The position numbers and the translations under genes are program-made. The notes under the pieces were generated by a model. It saw only the letters and a list, made by a program, of their open reading frames with translations. It made no database searches and was not told the DNA's origin. A DNA stretch of 64,000 nt from an uncultured delta proteobacterium (GTDB lineage: Bacteria; Desulfobacterota; Binatia; UBA9968), in contig CAVWLW010000033.1 of the NCBI GenBank assembly GCA_963755715.1, forward strand, positions 96,001 to 160,000. Reading direction: 5' to 3'. The stretch's first letter is position 1; each line of letters opens with the position of its first letter. Below, one piece after another: positions 40,141-49,554 of the stretch.

Positions 40141-41052
40141 TTAGACCACGTGCATGCCGCCGCCCGGAGGTGGTGTCGGTTGATTTTTGCCTGGAAGCCA
40201 TTCTACTTCTTTGCGCGGGCTGTTGCCTTTGACCGCGAACTTGGCGCGGCCCATGTTGGCGAATTCGATTTCGATTGTGTCGCCGGAATTCACCGGCTTG
40301 AGCCCTTCATGGAAGGTGCCGGTGGCGATGATATCGCCGGGGTTGAGCCGGACGAAGCGAGTCAGCCAGGCGATCTGGTTCGGAATCTTGTGCGCCATCG
40401 CGCCGGTGTTATAGTTCTGCCGGGGTTCGCCGTTGGTCCACGACTTGACGTTGACATTGTGCGGGTCAGGGATTTCGTCTTTGGTGATGATCCACGGACC
40501 GCAACAACCATGGGAATCCTGTCCCTTGGGTACAAATTGCGTGCGCCGCACCATGCCGCGGGTTGAGATATCGAAGAACGGCGCATAGCCGAATACATAA
40601 TCCAGGGCCTTATTCTCCGGCACGTCCTTGGCTGTTTTACCCATAACGAAAGCGAACTCGGCCTCGGGCTGATAGACTACGCTGGCAGGAATGTCGCGCA
40701 GCTCGACCGTGCCGTCCGGTCCCACCAGATCGGGAGATTTGTAGAAATATTCGTTAGGGAAATTGTCCGCGGTCCGCTCGGGGCGATCGATATAATTGCT
40801 GAAGGCGGCGATGCACTTGCTCGGCCGCGGCAGCGGGCAACGAAGCTGCACGCTGTCCAGCGGCACGCCGCTCTGCTCCGCCATGATTTTTTCAAAACGA
40901 CGGCGATACTTGCGCCAGCCTTCGATAATCTCTTCCATGACCCGCTGCGGTCCCTTGGCCTTGCGCGCGCTGACGCTGTCGCTCACGTCGACGACCATGT
41001 TGCCATCTTTGATGACGCCGATTCGATCATCGTTGAATCTCAGGATTTTCAA
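40141..41052 (-). CDS. Fumarylacetoacetate hydrolase family protein
   Basis: PEAEFA, FGY..FFDISTR, GPWIITKDEIPDP, PGDIIATGT; TTG start after GAGGAG. Confidence 0.88.
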   Translation of the reverse strand: MKILRFNDDRIGVIKDGNMVVDVSDSVSARKAKGPQRVMEEIIEGWRKYRRRFEKIMAEQSGVPLDSVQLRCPLPRPSKCIAAFSNYIDRPERTADNFPNEYFYKSPDLVGPDGTVELRDIPASVVYQPEAEFAFVMGKTAKDVPENKALDYVFGYAPFFDISTRGMVRRTQFVPKGQDSHGCCGPWIITKDEIPDPHNVNVKSWTNGEPRQNYNTGAMAHKIPNQIAWLTRFVRLNPGDIIATGTFHEGLKPVNSGDTIEIEFANMGRAKFAVKGNSPRKEVEWLPGKNQPTPPPGGGMHVV

Positions 41053-41202
41053 TTGCGTCTCCTCTCTGGGCGAATTTCGGCATATCATTGCGATAACGAG
41101 CCGGGGTTGTCAAACCGATCCCGCGCCCAATCGTGCCAGGGGTATAATGCCGTCATCTTTCAAATTCATGCGTGTTGGTGTAATCGATTCGAAGGAGGAA
41201 AC

Positions 41203-42291
41203 ATGCTGCTGATCAACAACCAGGAAGTGGAAAAGCTATTCACGATGAAAGATTGTCTCGAAGCGTTGGAAGACGCCTACGACGATCTGCTCATCGGCGA
41301 TGCGGTGTATCGGCCGCGCTTGGATCTTTGGATGCCCTGCGAGCGGCCGGACGGCTACTGGCGCTGGGGCACGATGGAAGGAGCGAGCCGCAAGATCGGC
41401 GTGTTCGCGATTCGCATGAAATCCGACGTGGTTTATTGGCCCAAGGGCGAGACGGAAGAAAAGTATTGCATGCAGCCGGGCACCTGGTGCGGTTTGATCA
41501 TGGTGTTTAGCGTGCGCAACGGCGAGCCGCTGGCGATCATCAACGACGGGCTCTTGCAGCATATGCGCGTGGGTGGCTGCGCCGGCTTGGGCGCGAAATA
41601 TTTATCGCGCGCCGATGCCTGCGATGTCGGCATCTTCGGTTCCGGTGGCATGGCGCGCAGTTATCTCGAAGCGTTTTACGAAGTGCGTAAGCTGCGGCGG
41701 GTGAGAGTCTACAGCCCGACCCAGGCGAACCGCGAGAAGTTCGCCAGAGAAATGACCGGTAAATTGGACATCGAAGTCGTCGCCGTCGACACTCCGGAAA
41801 GGGTCGTGCGCGAAGCCGATATCGTCGCGACCTGCACGGATTCGACACAAACGATCTTCGATGAGCCTGACTGGCTGAAAGAGGGCGCGCATATCACCTC
41901 CGTGCGTGCCTGTGAGATCGGCCCACGCGTGATCAAGCGCTGCGATCTTTCGGTCAAGCTCGGCAAGAACACCATTGAGGCGATGGACGAAGGCATGATC
42001 CGCTTGCACGGCAACGTCGGCTACATCGCCGGACAACCCGAGGAGCGGGCGCGCATTCCGAACCCGACCGTGGACAATTACAAAGGCGATTACTTTAAAT
42101 ACTTCATGGATGTTAGAGCGGGAAAAGTTCCGGGGCGGGTAAATAATCAGCAGGTGACGTATTTTATCAACGCCGGCACGCAGGGACTTCAGTTCGCCGC
42201 CTGCGCCGGGAAAGTCGTCGAGCTCGCCAAGCAAAAAAAGGCCGGGCGCGAGCTGCCAACGGAGTGGTTCTTGCAGGATATTCGGGATTAA
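41203..42291 (+). CDS. Ornithine cyclodeaminase/mu-crystallin family protein
   Basis: GEPLAI.ND..LQ.MRVG, GIFGSGGMA, VYSPT, ADIV..CTDS, GLQFAA; AAGGAGG SD. Confidence 0.88.
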   Translation: MLLINNQEVEKLFTMKDCLEALEDAYDDLLIGDAVYRPRLDLWMPCERPDGYWRWGTMEGASRKIGVFAIRMKSDVVYWPKGETEEKYCMQPGTWCGLIMVFSVRNGEPLAIINDGLLQHMRVGGCAGLGAKYLSRADACDVGIFGSGGMARSYLEAFYEVRKLRRVRVYSPTQANREKFAREMTGKLDIEVVAVDTPERVVREADIVATCTDSTQTIFDEPDWLKEGAHITSVRACEIGPRVIKRCDLSVKLGKNTIEAMDEGMIRLHGNVGYIAGQPEERARIPNPTVDNYKGDYFKYFMDVRAGKVPGRVNNQQVTYFINAGTQGLQFAACAGKVVELAKQKKAGRELPTEWFLQDIRD

Positions 42292-42295
42292 GAGC

Positions 42296-42380
42296 GTCTA
42301 GCGTTCAGAGTTTGGTGTCTCGGGTTTTTTCGAAAAGTCCGGACGAACCTGAGACGCGAGACACTAGACCCAAAACACGA
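42296..42380. repeat. Degenerate inverted array of 7-nt GTYTnGn units between convergent genes
   Basis: gtctagc gttcaga gtttggt gtctcgg gttt ... aacctga gacgcga gacacta gacccaa aacacga. Confidence 0.65.
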
Positions 42381-42758
42381 TTAATATCCCAGATCCTCGA
42401 TCTCCTCTTCGTCCATGCCGAAGTAGTGCGCGATCTCGTGCAGCACCGTCAGACGAATTTCCTCGCGCAGCTCCTCGGGATCGGGAAAATCTTCGAGCAG
42501 GGGTTCGGCAAAGATGGTGATTTTATCGGGCAACAACGGCGGATCGAGACTGGATCGGTCTGGGAGTGGGATTCCCTGGTAAATGCCATATAGAGTGTCG
42601 TGCCGCGGATCGAGCCCTTCGGCGCGCAGCAGCTCGATCGAAGGCCGTTCTTCAACGACGAATTCGACGTTCAGCAACCGCTCGCGAAACGAGCGCGGCA
42701 GGCGATCGATGACACGGCCGACTTCTTTCTTGATTTCCCGGTAATCCAACGTCCGCAA
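42381..42758 (-). CDS. Zincin-like metallopeptidase family protein
   Basis: LYGIYQGIPL.DR, PDKITIF, TVLHEIAHYFG (HExxH). Confidence 0.9.
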   Translation of the reverse strand: MRTLDYREIKKEVGRVIDRLPRSFRERLLNVEFVVEERPSIELLRAEGLDPRHDTLYGIYQGIPLPDRSSLDPPLLPDKITIFAEPLLEDFPDPEELREEIRLTVLHEIAHYFGMDEEEIEDLGY

Positions 42759-42769
42759 GTGTCGCGCAA

Positions 42770-44015
42770 ATGTTTTCTCGCTTCAAGCTTCTCGGGTTAT
42801 CCTTATTGACCTTGGCGGCTTTAATATTTTTCGGCTGTGCAGGTCCTCTGACTCCCGGGCCGATGACGGCTCCATCAGAGCCGGCGCGCTTTGGCGACGA
42901 TCTCGATGCCGATTCATTGCGCACGGCGGTGCGTTACAGCCTCGAGTATCTGCAAAAATTGCCGCCGGATCACGTCGTCGGCGTGCAGCCGCGTCGCTTT
43001 ACCGCACAGGAGATCATCGCTTCGCTCCAGGCCTTTGAGGAACTGCTCGATGATTGGCGCTGCGCGGCCTGCTTTTCCCGGCAATTGTCACGCCCGCTTC
43101 GACTTGGTGCCGTCGAGCGCCGATTCAGAGTTTTCACAGGTTTTGTTCACGGGATATTACCAGCCCGTGATCGACGGTAGTCTCGTGCCGACGGAAAAGT
43201 TCCGTTATCCGCTGTACGGCCGGCCGGCGGATCTCATCACTGCCGAACAGGTGACGCTCAATGGGCCCGCGAAAGTCGAGAAAGTTGTCGGGCGCGCCGA
43301 GGGTGAGCAGTTTTTGCCGTACTACACGCGCCGAGAGATCGATGAGGTGGGGTTGCTGCGCGGGCGCGGTCTCGAAATCGCGTGGGTGGCCGATCCGGTG
43401 GAGCTTTTTTTTCTGCACATTCAAGGCTCCGGGATTATTCGTTTGGCTGACGGCCGCCAATTGAGCGTCGGCTATGCAGCGCAAAACGGCTGGCCCTACC
43501 GCAGCATTGGCCGGCTGCTTATCGACGGCGGCAAAATTGCCAAGGAAGAGATGTCGATGCAACGCCTGCGCCGCTACCTGAGTGACAATCCTCGAGAGCA
43601 AAGCGATATTCTAAATTACAACGAAAGTTATGTTTTCTTTCGCGTGAACCAGGCGGGAGCGCTGGGCAGTCTCGAGGTGCCGGTCACCGCGGGTCGTTCG
43701 ATCGCGACCGACTCGCGATTGTTTCCCAAGGGCGCGCTCGCGCTGATTCAAACAGAAATCCCTGTGATCGATAGCGCGGGTCGATTGGCGGGCTGGCGGC
43801 CAATGACACGTTTTGCGCTCAATCAAGATACCGGCGGCGCGATTCGCGGTTTGCAGCGCGCGGACATCTATTTCGGCACGGGAAGCCAAGCGGAGGGTTT
43901 GGCAGGCTATATGAACCACCAGGGGAAGATGTTCTTCTTGATATTGAAGCAGGAGCAAACAGATTCCAGTGGCCGCGCGAATGACATGGACCGGGAGACG
44001 AAAAGCGATCGGTAA
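42770..44015 (+). CDS. mltA: Membrane-bound lytic murein transglycosylase A (frameshift near 43090)
   Basis: Lipobox FFGC; FTGYYQP; FFLHIQGSG; N.SYVFF; SIATD; QDTGGAIRG..RADIYFG. Confidence 0.9.
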
Positions 44016-44108
44016 AACTTCGCTTTCATTTACGTCTACCGCCTGCGATCTTTATTCCCGCGCGCACTTGAGCCATACTTTGAATAATTTACGGATGACA
44101 TCCTCGAC

Positions 44109-44981
44109 ATGACGCGGCATACCGAAACGCGAAGGTTGCAGTGGGCATTGGCGATCAGCTCGATGTATTTTTTCGCCGAGTTGATCGCCGGCTTTCTCAC
44201 CAACAGTCTCGCCTTGCTGTCCGATGCCGGCCATATGCTGTCGGATATCGGCGCGCTCAGTCTCAGCTTATTCGCCTTTCGCATGGCGCGGCGTCCGGCG
44301 ACGCTGCACAGCACCTACGGTTACCACCGGATCGAGATCCTCGCGGCGCTTTTCAACGGCCTGACTTTGTGGTTGATCGTCGGCATCATTTTCGCCGCGG
44401 CCTACAGCCGGCTATCGCATCCGCCGGAGATCGCAAGCTTCGGCATGATGGTGGTGGCGATCCTGGGCCTGCTCGTGAATCTTGCCGCGGCGATGATTCT
44501 CCACGGCGGACACCATCACAACCTAAATCTGCGCGGCGCTTTTTTGCACGTGGTGAGCGACGCCGTGGGTTCGGTGGGCGCGATCGTCGCCGGTGTGATC
44601 ATGTTGACGACCGGCTGGTATCTCGCCGATCCGGTCATCAGTATTTTTATCAGCGTGTTGATTTTGTTTTCGTCTTGGAGCTTGGTGAAAGATTCGCTCA
44701 GTGTGCTGATGCAGACCGTGCCGAAAGGTATCCGTCTCGAAGACGTGCGCCGAACGATCGAAGCGGTGGATGGCGTTAGCGCCGTCCACGACTTGCACAT
44801 TTGGGCAGTTACCTCCGATATTTTTACATTGAGCGCCCACGCGGTGGTGGCCAACGGCGGGGATTTTCATGAGGTTTTGAACGGCATCGAAGATACCTTG
44901 AAGGTACAGTTCAATATCGAGCACACCACGATCCAACTCGAAATCGAAAGCCGGGAGGAAAAAGAGTTCAAAGCTTTTTGA
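44109..44981 (+). CDS. Cation diffusion facilitator, CzcD/ZitB-like Zn exporter
   Basis: SLALLSDAGHMLSD, TYGYHRIE, NLRGAFLHVVSD, VHDLHIW, HTTIQLE. Confidence 0.93.
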   Translation: MTRHTETRRLQWALAISSMYFFAELIAGFLTNSLALLSDAGHMLSDIGALSLSLFAFRMARRPATLHSTYGYHRIEILAALFNGLTLWLIVGIIFAAAYSRLSHPPEIASFGMMVVAILGLLVNLAAAMILHGGHHHNLNLRGAFLHVVSDAVGSVGAIVAGVIMLTTGWYLADPVISIFISVLILFSSWSLVKDSLSVLMQTVPKGIRLEDVRRTIEAVDGVSAVHDLHIWAVTSDIFTLSAHAVVANGGDFHEVLNGIEDTLKVQFNIEHTTIQLEIESREEKEFKAF

Positions 44982-45017
44982 CGCCTGCCGGGTTTTTTGT
45001 ATTCCGGAATATCGTTT

Positions 45018-46190
45018 ATGAAACGACGAACTGTCATAGTCGCGGTTTTCGCCGCGGTGTTTGTTTTGGGCATGGGCTATTCGCTTTGGAACTACGCCGC
45101 CAATCGGGATTCATTCATGATTTCGGGCGTCATCGAAGCGGATGACATCCACGTCGGCTCGAGACTCGGCGGCCGGGTGCTCAAAGTGGTCGCGCGCGAA
45201 GGCGAGACCGTCAAAGCTGGCGAGCCGATGGTGCTTTTAGAACCCGATGAGCTTAATGCTTCGCTGGCCGAGGCCGAGGCCAATCTACGCCAAATGGAAG
45301 CTAAGTATGCGCTGCTCAACGCCGGCTATCGTACCGAAGAAATTGAACAGGCCGAAGCCGCGGCGAAGCAAGCGCAAGCCGAGCTCAATCATTTGATCTC
45401 CGCGCCGCGCCGTCAAGAGCTCGACCAAGCGGCGGCGGATTGGGCGGCAGCGAAAATTTCGGCGGAGAACTCGGACAAAACGGCCGAACTTATGAAAGAC
45501 CTCAGTAAACGCCATCTCATCGCCAAGCGAGAGGCTGAGGACGCCGCCGCGAAAGCGGAAGAAGCCGAACAAAAGGTGAAGACGCTGCGGCAGCGCTACG
45601 ATCAGCTGCTGGCGGGGACAGGTCCGGAAGAAATAGCGCGCATGAAACAACGGGTTGCGGAAACCGGCGCCCGGCTGCGCCAATTGCGCGCCGGCTACCG
45701 CAAGGAAGAAATCGCTCAGGCGAAATCGGCGCTGGAGGCGGCGCGCGCGAAAGTGCGGCTGCGCCGCGCCGAGCTGGATGAAACCGTCATCAAGGCGCCC
45801 GCCGACGCTCTGGTGGAAACCCTCGATCTCGAATCCGGCGATCTCGTCGCGGCCGGCAAACCGATCGCCACCTTGCTGCGCACCGGCAGCTTGTGGATAC
45901 GCGCTTATCTACCAGAGGCGCGCTTACGGTTTGTCCAAGCCGGCGACAAAGTGAATATTCGCGTCGATTCTTTTCCCGATAGGTCTTTCAGCGGTGTTGT
46001 GCGCCGGATTCAGCGCCAAGGTGAAGTTGAGCCGGCGAAGGCGCAGAGTCCTGAAGAGCGCGTGGCGCAGGTATTTCCAACTGAGATTGTGATTGACGAT
46101 CCCGATCACTTGCTTCGACCAGGCATGAGTGCCGACATAGCGATTTCAAAGGCCACCGTTCGAAGCCAAGCTCAAGTCCGGCAAATCTGA
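45018..46190 (+). CDS. HlyD/YbhG-like periplasmic adaptor protein
   Basis: N-terminal TM, SGVIEA, GGRV....EGE.V..G, long coiled coil with three G.R/G.EEI repeats, IKAP, LRPGM. Confidence 0.85.
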   Translation: MKRRTVIVAVFAAVFVLGMGYSLWNYAANRDSFMISGVIEADDIHVGSRLGGRVLKVVAREGETVKAGEPMVLLEPDELNASLAEAEANLRQMEAKYALLNAGYRTEEIEQAEAAAKQAQAELNHLISAPRRQELDQAAADWAAAKISAENSDKTAELMKDLSKRHLIAKREAEDAAAKAEEAEQKVKTLRQRYDQLLAGTGPEEIARMKQRVAETGARLRQLRAGYRKEEIAQAKSALEAARAKVRLRRAELDETVIKAPADALVETLDLESGDLVAAGKPIATLLRTGSLWIRAYLPEARLRFVQAGDKVNIRVDSFPDRSFSGVVRRIQRQGEVEPAKAQSPEERVAQVFPTEIVIDDPDHLLRPGMSADIAISKATVRSQAQVRQI

Positions 46191-46267
46191 AAGCGTTGAG
46201 CGCTTATCTGGCGCTTGCACCCGAGAGAAAATTTACTGTTTCGTGGTTTTTTGAGCGCGCGTTGGGC

Positions 46268-47488
46268 TCAAGATACGCTGGGACTCGAAACCACTCGTTG
46301 ACCGCGCGGCAGCAAGCAGGCCATCAAACCGACGCTGATGAACGAGAGGATGCCCAGCAGCCAGAAAATCGTCGGCAATTCGGCGCTGACCAGCATCAAG
46401 CCGACGATCGACGTGGATGTGGTTTTGGACACCTGTTGGATCAAGCGGTCGCACGACACGATGCCACCGCGCAGCTCGGCCGGGGCATTTTGCGTGAGCA
46501 GACTTTTCTGCATCGGCGAGATCACGCCATTGGCGAGTCCGTAAAAAAACAGTGCGGCGCCGACCAACCACACGCCATGGACGAAAGGAACGGCGAGCAC
46601 CGCGCCGCCGCTGACGAGGAAAGCAAGAAACAAGATATTCGCTTTATCTCGGCCCGCGGCGATGCGCCCGGCTTGACTCGAAGTCAGCATCGCGCCGATC
46701 GAAAAAAAGATATAAAGCAATCCCGCCGTCGCCGTCGAAACATTTTGCGTGCGCACGAGAAACAGCGGAAAGTAAGTGAGAAAACCGTAGTCGAGAAAGA
46801 AGCGCAGAAAACCCGCCGAGAACGCGATGACCAGCCGCGGATGGCGCGCCAGCCGGAGCATGTCGCCGAGATACGCCATAGTCTTTTCGCCGGACTTGCC
46901 CTTCGTTTCGGGCATCCAAACTAAAGCGATGAGGCCGACGGGGACGGCGAGAATGTAGCAGGCAAAAGGCCAAAACCATGCGATCGTGGCAAGCAAGCCG
47001 CCGAGCGGTGGAAAAATGAAATAACCGATGCGGTCGAGAAAAACTTTCAGTCCCTGGCCGCTGATTTCATTATCGCCTTCCAGCAAATCGCCGATCAACA
47101 CGATCGTCAGCGGAATAACCGCGCTGAAGCCGACGCCCTGAAGCGACCTGAAAACCAGCAGCCAGCCGAAGGTCGGCGCGAACGCCATCGCCGCGCCAAA
47201 TATGCCGAAGGCGATTAGCCCCAAGCCCAGCAGCAGGCGCCGTCCGTACAAGTCGGCGATGACGCCGAAAATCGGCGAGAGCACGATCGCCGGCGCGGTA
47301 AACAACGTCATGATCCACGAAAGCTGGGCGTCGGTAATGCCGAAAGGCTGGCTGAGCGCTGGCAAGGCCGGCTGGATAAAATTGACGCCCATCATGAGCG
47401 TGATGCTCGCGGCGTAGACGATGCTCAAGGCGCGCGCCTTTGCCGGTGCGAGCGTTTCCATGCCGAACAATGCCGTTAACGAAGTCAT
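46268..47488 (-). CDS. MFS transporter (12 TM)
   Basis: PALP, GVIADLYGRR motif A, FRSLQGVG, PPLGG; start codon uncertain (47461-47497). Confidence 0.88.
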   Translation of the reverse strand: MTSLTALFGMETLAPAKARALSIVYAASITLMMGVNFIQPALPALSQPFGITDAQLSWIMTLFTAPAIVLSPIFGVIADLYGRRLLLGLGLIAFGIFGAAMAFAPTFGWLLVFRSLQGVGFSAVIPLTIVLIGDLLEGDNEISGQGLKVFLDRIGYFIFPPLGGLLATIAWFWPFACYILAVPVGLIALVWMPETKGKSGEKTMAYLGDMLRLARHPRLVIAFSAGFLRFFLDYGFLTYFPLFLVRTQNVSTATAGLLYIFFSIGAMLTSSQAGRIAAGRDKANILFLAFLVSGGAVLAVPFVHGVWLVGAALFFYGLANGVISPMQKSLLTQNAPAELRGGIVSCDRLIQQVSKTTSTSIVGLMLVSAELPTIFWLLGILSFISVGLMACLLPRGQRVVSSPSVS

Positions 47489-47686
47489 TCGCCGCAAACT
47501 AATTCAATCGGTCATGCCAGTCAAATCTCGGTTCTGTCGCCGCGAGTAAGCGCGCGCCGATTTTTCATCGCGCGCAGTACGCATCGCCGGAGATACAGAT
47601 GTCAAGTTTATCGACTGGTGAGCGTGGGGCGAGCGTGATATGGAGAAGCGCAGTCAGGGCAAATTTTTCAACGCAAGGAGCTTGTG

Positions 47687-49117
47687 ATGGGCCAAGACAT
47701 GCGCACATGGATCGATCGATTGGACAGGGCCGGGTTGCTCGCCAGAATCAGCAAACCGGTCGATCCGCGCACGCAGATGGGCGCGCTGCTCTGGCAGGCG
47801 CGCGATCGGGCGCTATTATTTGAGAACCTGCCGGATTATCCAGGCTGGCGTTGTTTGGGGCAGGCGCCGGGCGATGTGTCGCTCGCGCCCGTCGCGTTCG
47901 ATACGCCGCGTGAGGAGATGATCCCGGAATTCGTGCGGCGGACAGAGAAGCTCGGGACGACGCGCCTGGTCGAGACCGGTCCGGTTCAACAAAAAGTTCT
48001 GATCGGCGACGAAGTCGACATCACTCGAATGCCGATCCATCAGGCGGGCATTCGCGACGGCGGACCGTTTATCGGCTCCGGTTTGATGATCACCAAAAAC
48101 CCGCAAACCGGACAGCGCAACCTGAGCTTTCATCGTCTGCAAATGAAGGGACCGAAAAAGACCGGGATACTTTTATATCCGCGCCACGCCTGGACCAACT
48201 ACCAAATGTACGAAGCGCAGGATAAGCCGATGCCCGTGGCGATCATGATCGGTCATCATCCGATGTATTATTTCGCGGCCGCGACCACGACCCAATACGG
48301 CGTGGACGAGCTGGAGATCGCCTCGGCGCTGCTGCAGGAGGATGTCGAATTGGTGAAATGCCGCACCGTCGATCTGGAAGTGCCGGCGTTCGCGGAGATC
48401 ATTCTCGAAGGGGAAATTCCGCCCAAAGTGAGAGAGCCGGAAGGGCCGTTCAGCGAGTTTCAGGATTATTATTTAACCGGTTCGGGCATGAATCCGATCG
48501 TTAATATTAAAGCAATCACCATGCGCGCCGATGCGATTTTCAAAAACGTCCAAAACGGCACGGAGGTCGAAGGCTGCGTTTATCATAAGGTGCCCATGTC
48601 GGCGCAGATCCTGCGCCGCGCGCGCAACGTCGGCGGCTCGGCCGATGTCAGGAACGTTTTAGTGATGCCGGGGATTTTCGGCGTCGTGGTGCAGATGAAG
48701 CCGCGCTATTACGGCGAGGCGAAAAACGTCTTGATGTCGGTGTTATCGAGCGAGTACCAACATCCGAAAATAGCCATTGCCGTCGATGTCGACGTCGATA
48801 TCTTCAACTACGCGGAAGTGCTCTGGTCGATCAATACGCGCGTCAACCCCGCAGAGGATATCACCGTTATTCCCGGATCAAAGATACACGCGATGGATCC
48901 GTCCTGTCCCGAGTTCGGCCATCCGGGCGCGCCGGGCTGGCACCGTATCGGCGGCAAGATGATGATCGATGCGACCAAGCCGCCGGAGTGCGATGGCAAG
49001 CGCCGCGATGAATTCGAACGGCTCCGTCCGGTGGGCTGGGAAACGATCGATTTGGCGGACTATCTGCCGGCGGGCTCGCCGCCGCTCAGAATTAAACCGA
49101 AGATACCGATGGGATAA
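47687..49117 (+). CDS. UbiD family prFMN-dependent (de)carboxylase
   Basis: DGGPFI, NLSFHRLQ, VPAFAEIILEG, EPEGPFSEF, VD.DVDI....V.W...TR, DAT. Confidence 0.92.
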   Translation: MGQDMRTWIDRLDRAGLLARISKPVDPRTQMGALLWQARDRALLFENLPDYPGWRCLGQAPGDVSLAPVAFDTPREEMIPEFVRRTEKLGTTRLVETGPVQQKVLIGDEVDITRMPIHQAGIRDGGPFIGSGLMITKNPQTGQRNLSFHRLQMKGPKKTGILLYPRHAWTNYQMYEAQDKPMPVAIMIGHHPMYYFAAATTTQYGVDELEIASALLQEDVELVKCRTVDLEVPAFAEIILEGEIPPKVREPEGPFSEFQDYYLTGSGMNPIVNIKAITMRADAIFKNVQNGTEVEGCVYHKVPMSAQILRRARNVGGSADVRNVLVMPGIFGVVVQMKPRYYGEAKNVLMSVLSSEYQHPKIAIAVDVDVDIFNYAEVLWSINTRVNPAEDITVIPGSKIHAMDPSCPEFGHPGAPGWHRIGGKMMIDATKPPECDGKRRDEFERLRPVGWETIDLADYLPAGSPPLRIKPKIPMG

Positions 49118-49123
49118 AAGATG

Positions 49124-49178
49124 GTTCAGGGTTCACGGGTTCAAAAGTTCAAGGGATGATCAATTAAACCGTGGAACG
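49124..49178. repeat. GTTCA-unit tandem array with partial inverted copy
   Basis: gttcagg gttcacgg gttcaaaa gttcaagg ... ttaaaccgtggaacg. Confidence 0.55.
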
Positions 49179-49197
49179 ACTTCGCGGTGGTGCTACG

Positions 49198-49443
49198 TTA
49201 TTCCTCAGGTTCGCCGAAATAATCTCGCACGATTCTTTCTTTGATGTATTCTAAAGCGCCCAAATCTTGAATGATGTCACCGCCGGTATCATAGAAGAAA
49301 ATATCGCCTTTGTGATTTCTGCCGATGGCGACGAGCCATTCCAATTCGTCTCGATCTTCTAATAAGTAATTGATCGCTTGATTAGCCCCTTTGCTGGCGA
49401 TGATGGTGACTTTGGGGTTGGCGTTTTTTCTTGCCTGGGTCAT
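49198..49443 (-). CDS. Hypothetical protein (81 aa)
   Basis: Protein-like composition, AGGAGG SD, fills an otherwise empty gap. Confidence 0.65.
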   Translation of the reverse strand: MTQARKNANPKVTIIASKGANQAINYLLEDRDELEWLVAIGRNHKGDIFFYDTGGDIIQDLGALEYIKERIVRDYFGEPEE

Positions 49444-49554
49444 GGAAGAAGCCTCCTGAATGCAATCGGAGTCTATAACAGAAGAGCCGACGCTACAACT
49501 TGGCTGGAAATCGTCCGAAAACCGCCGCGCGCTCTGGTCGACCGATTGGCGAGT

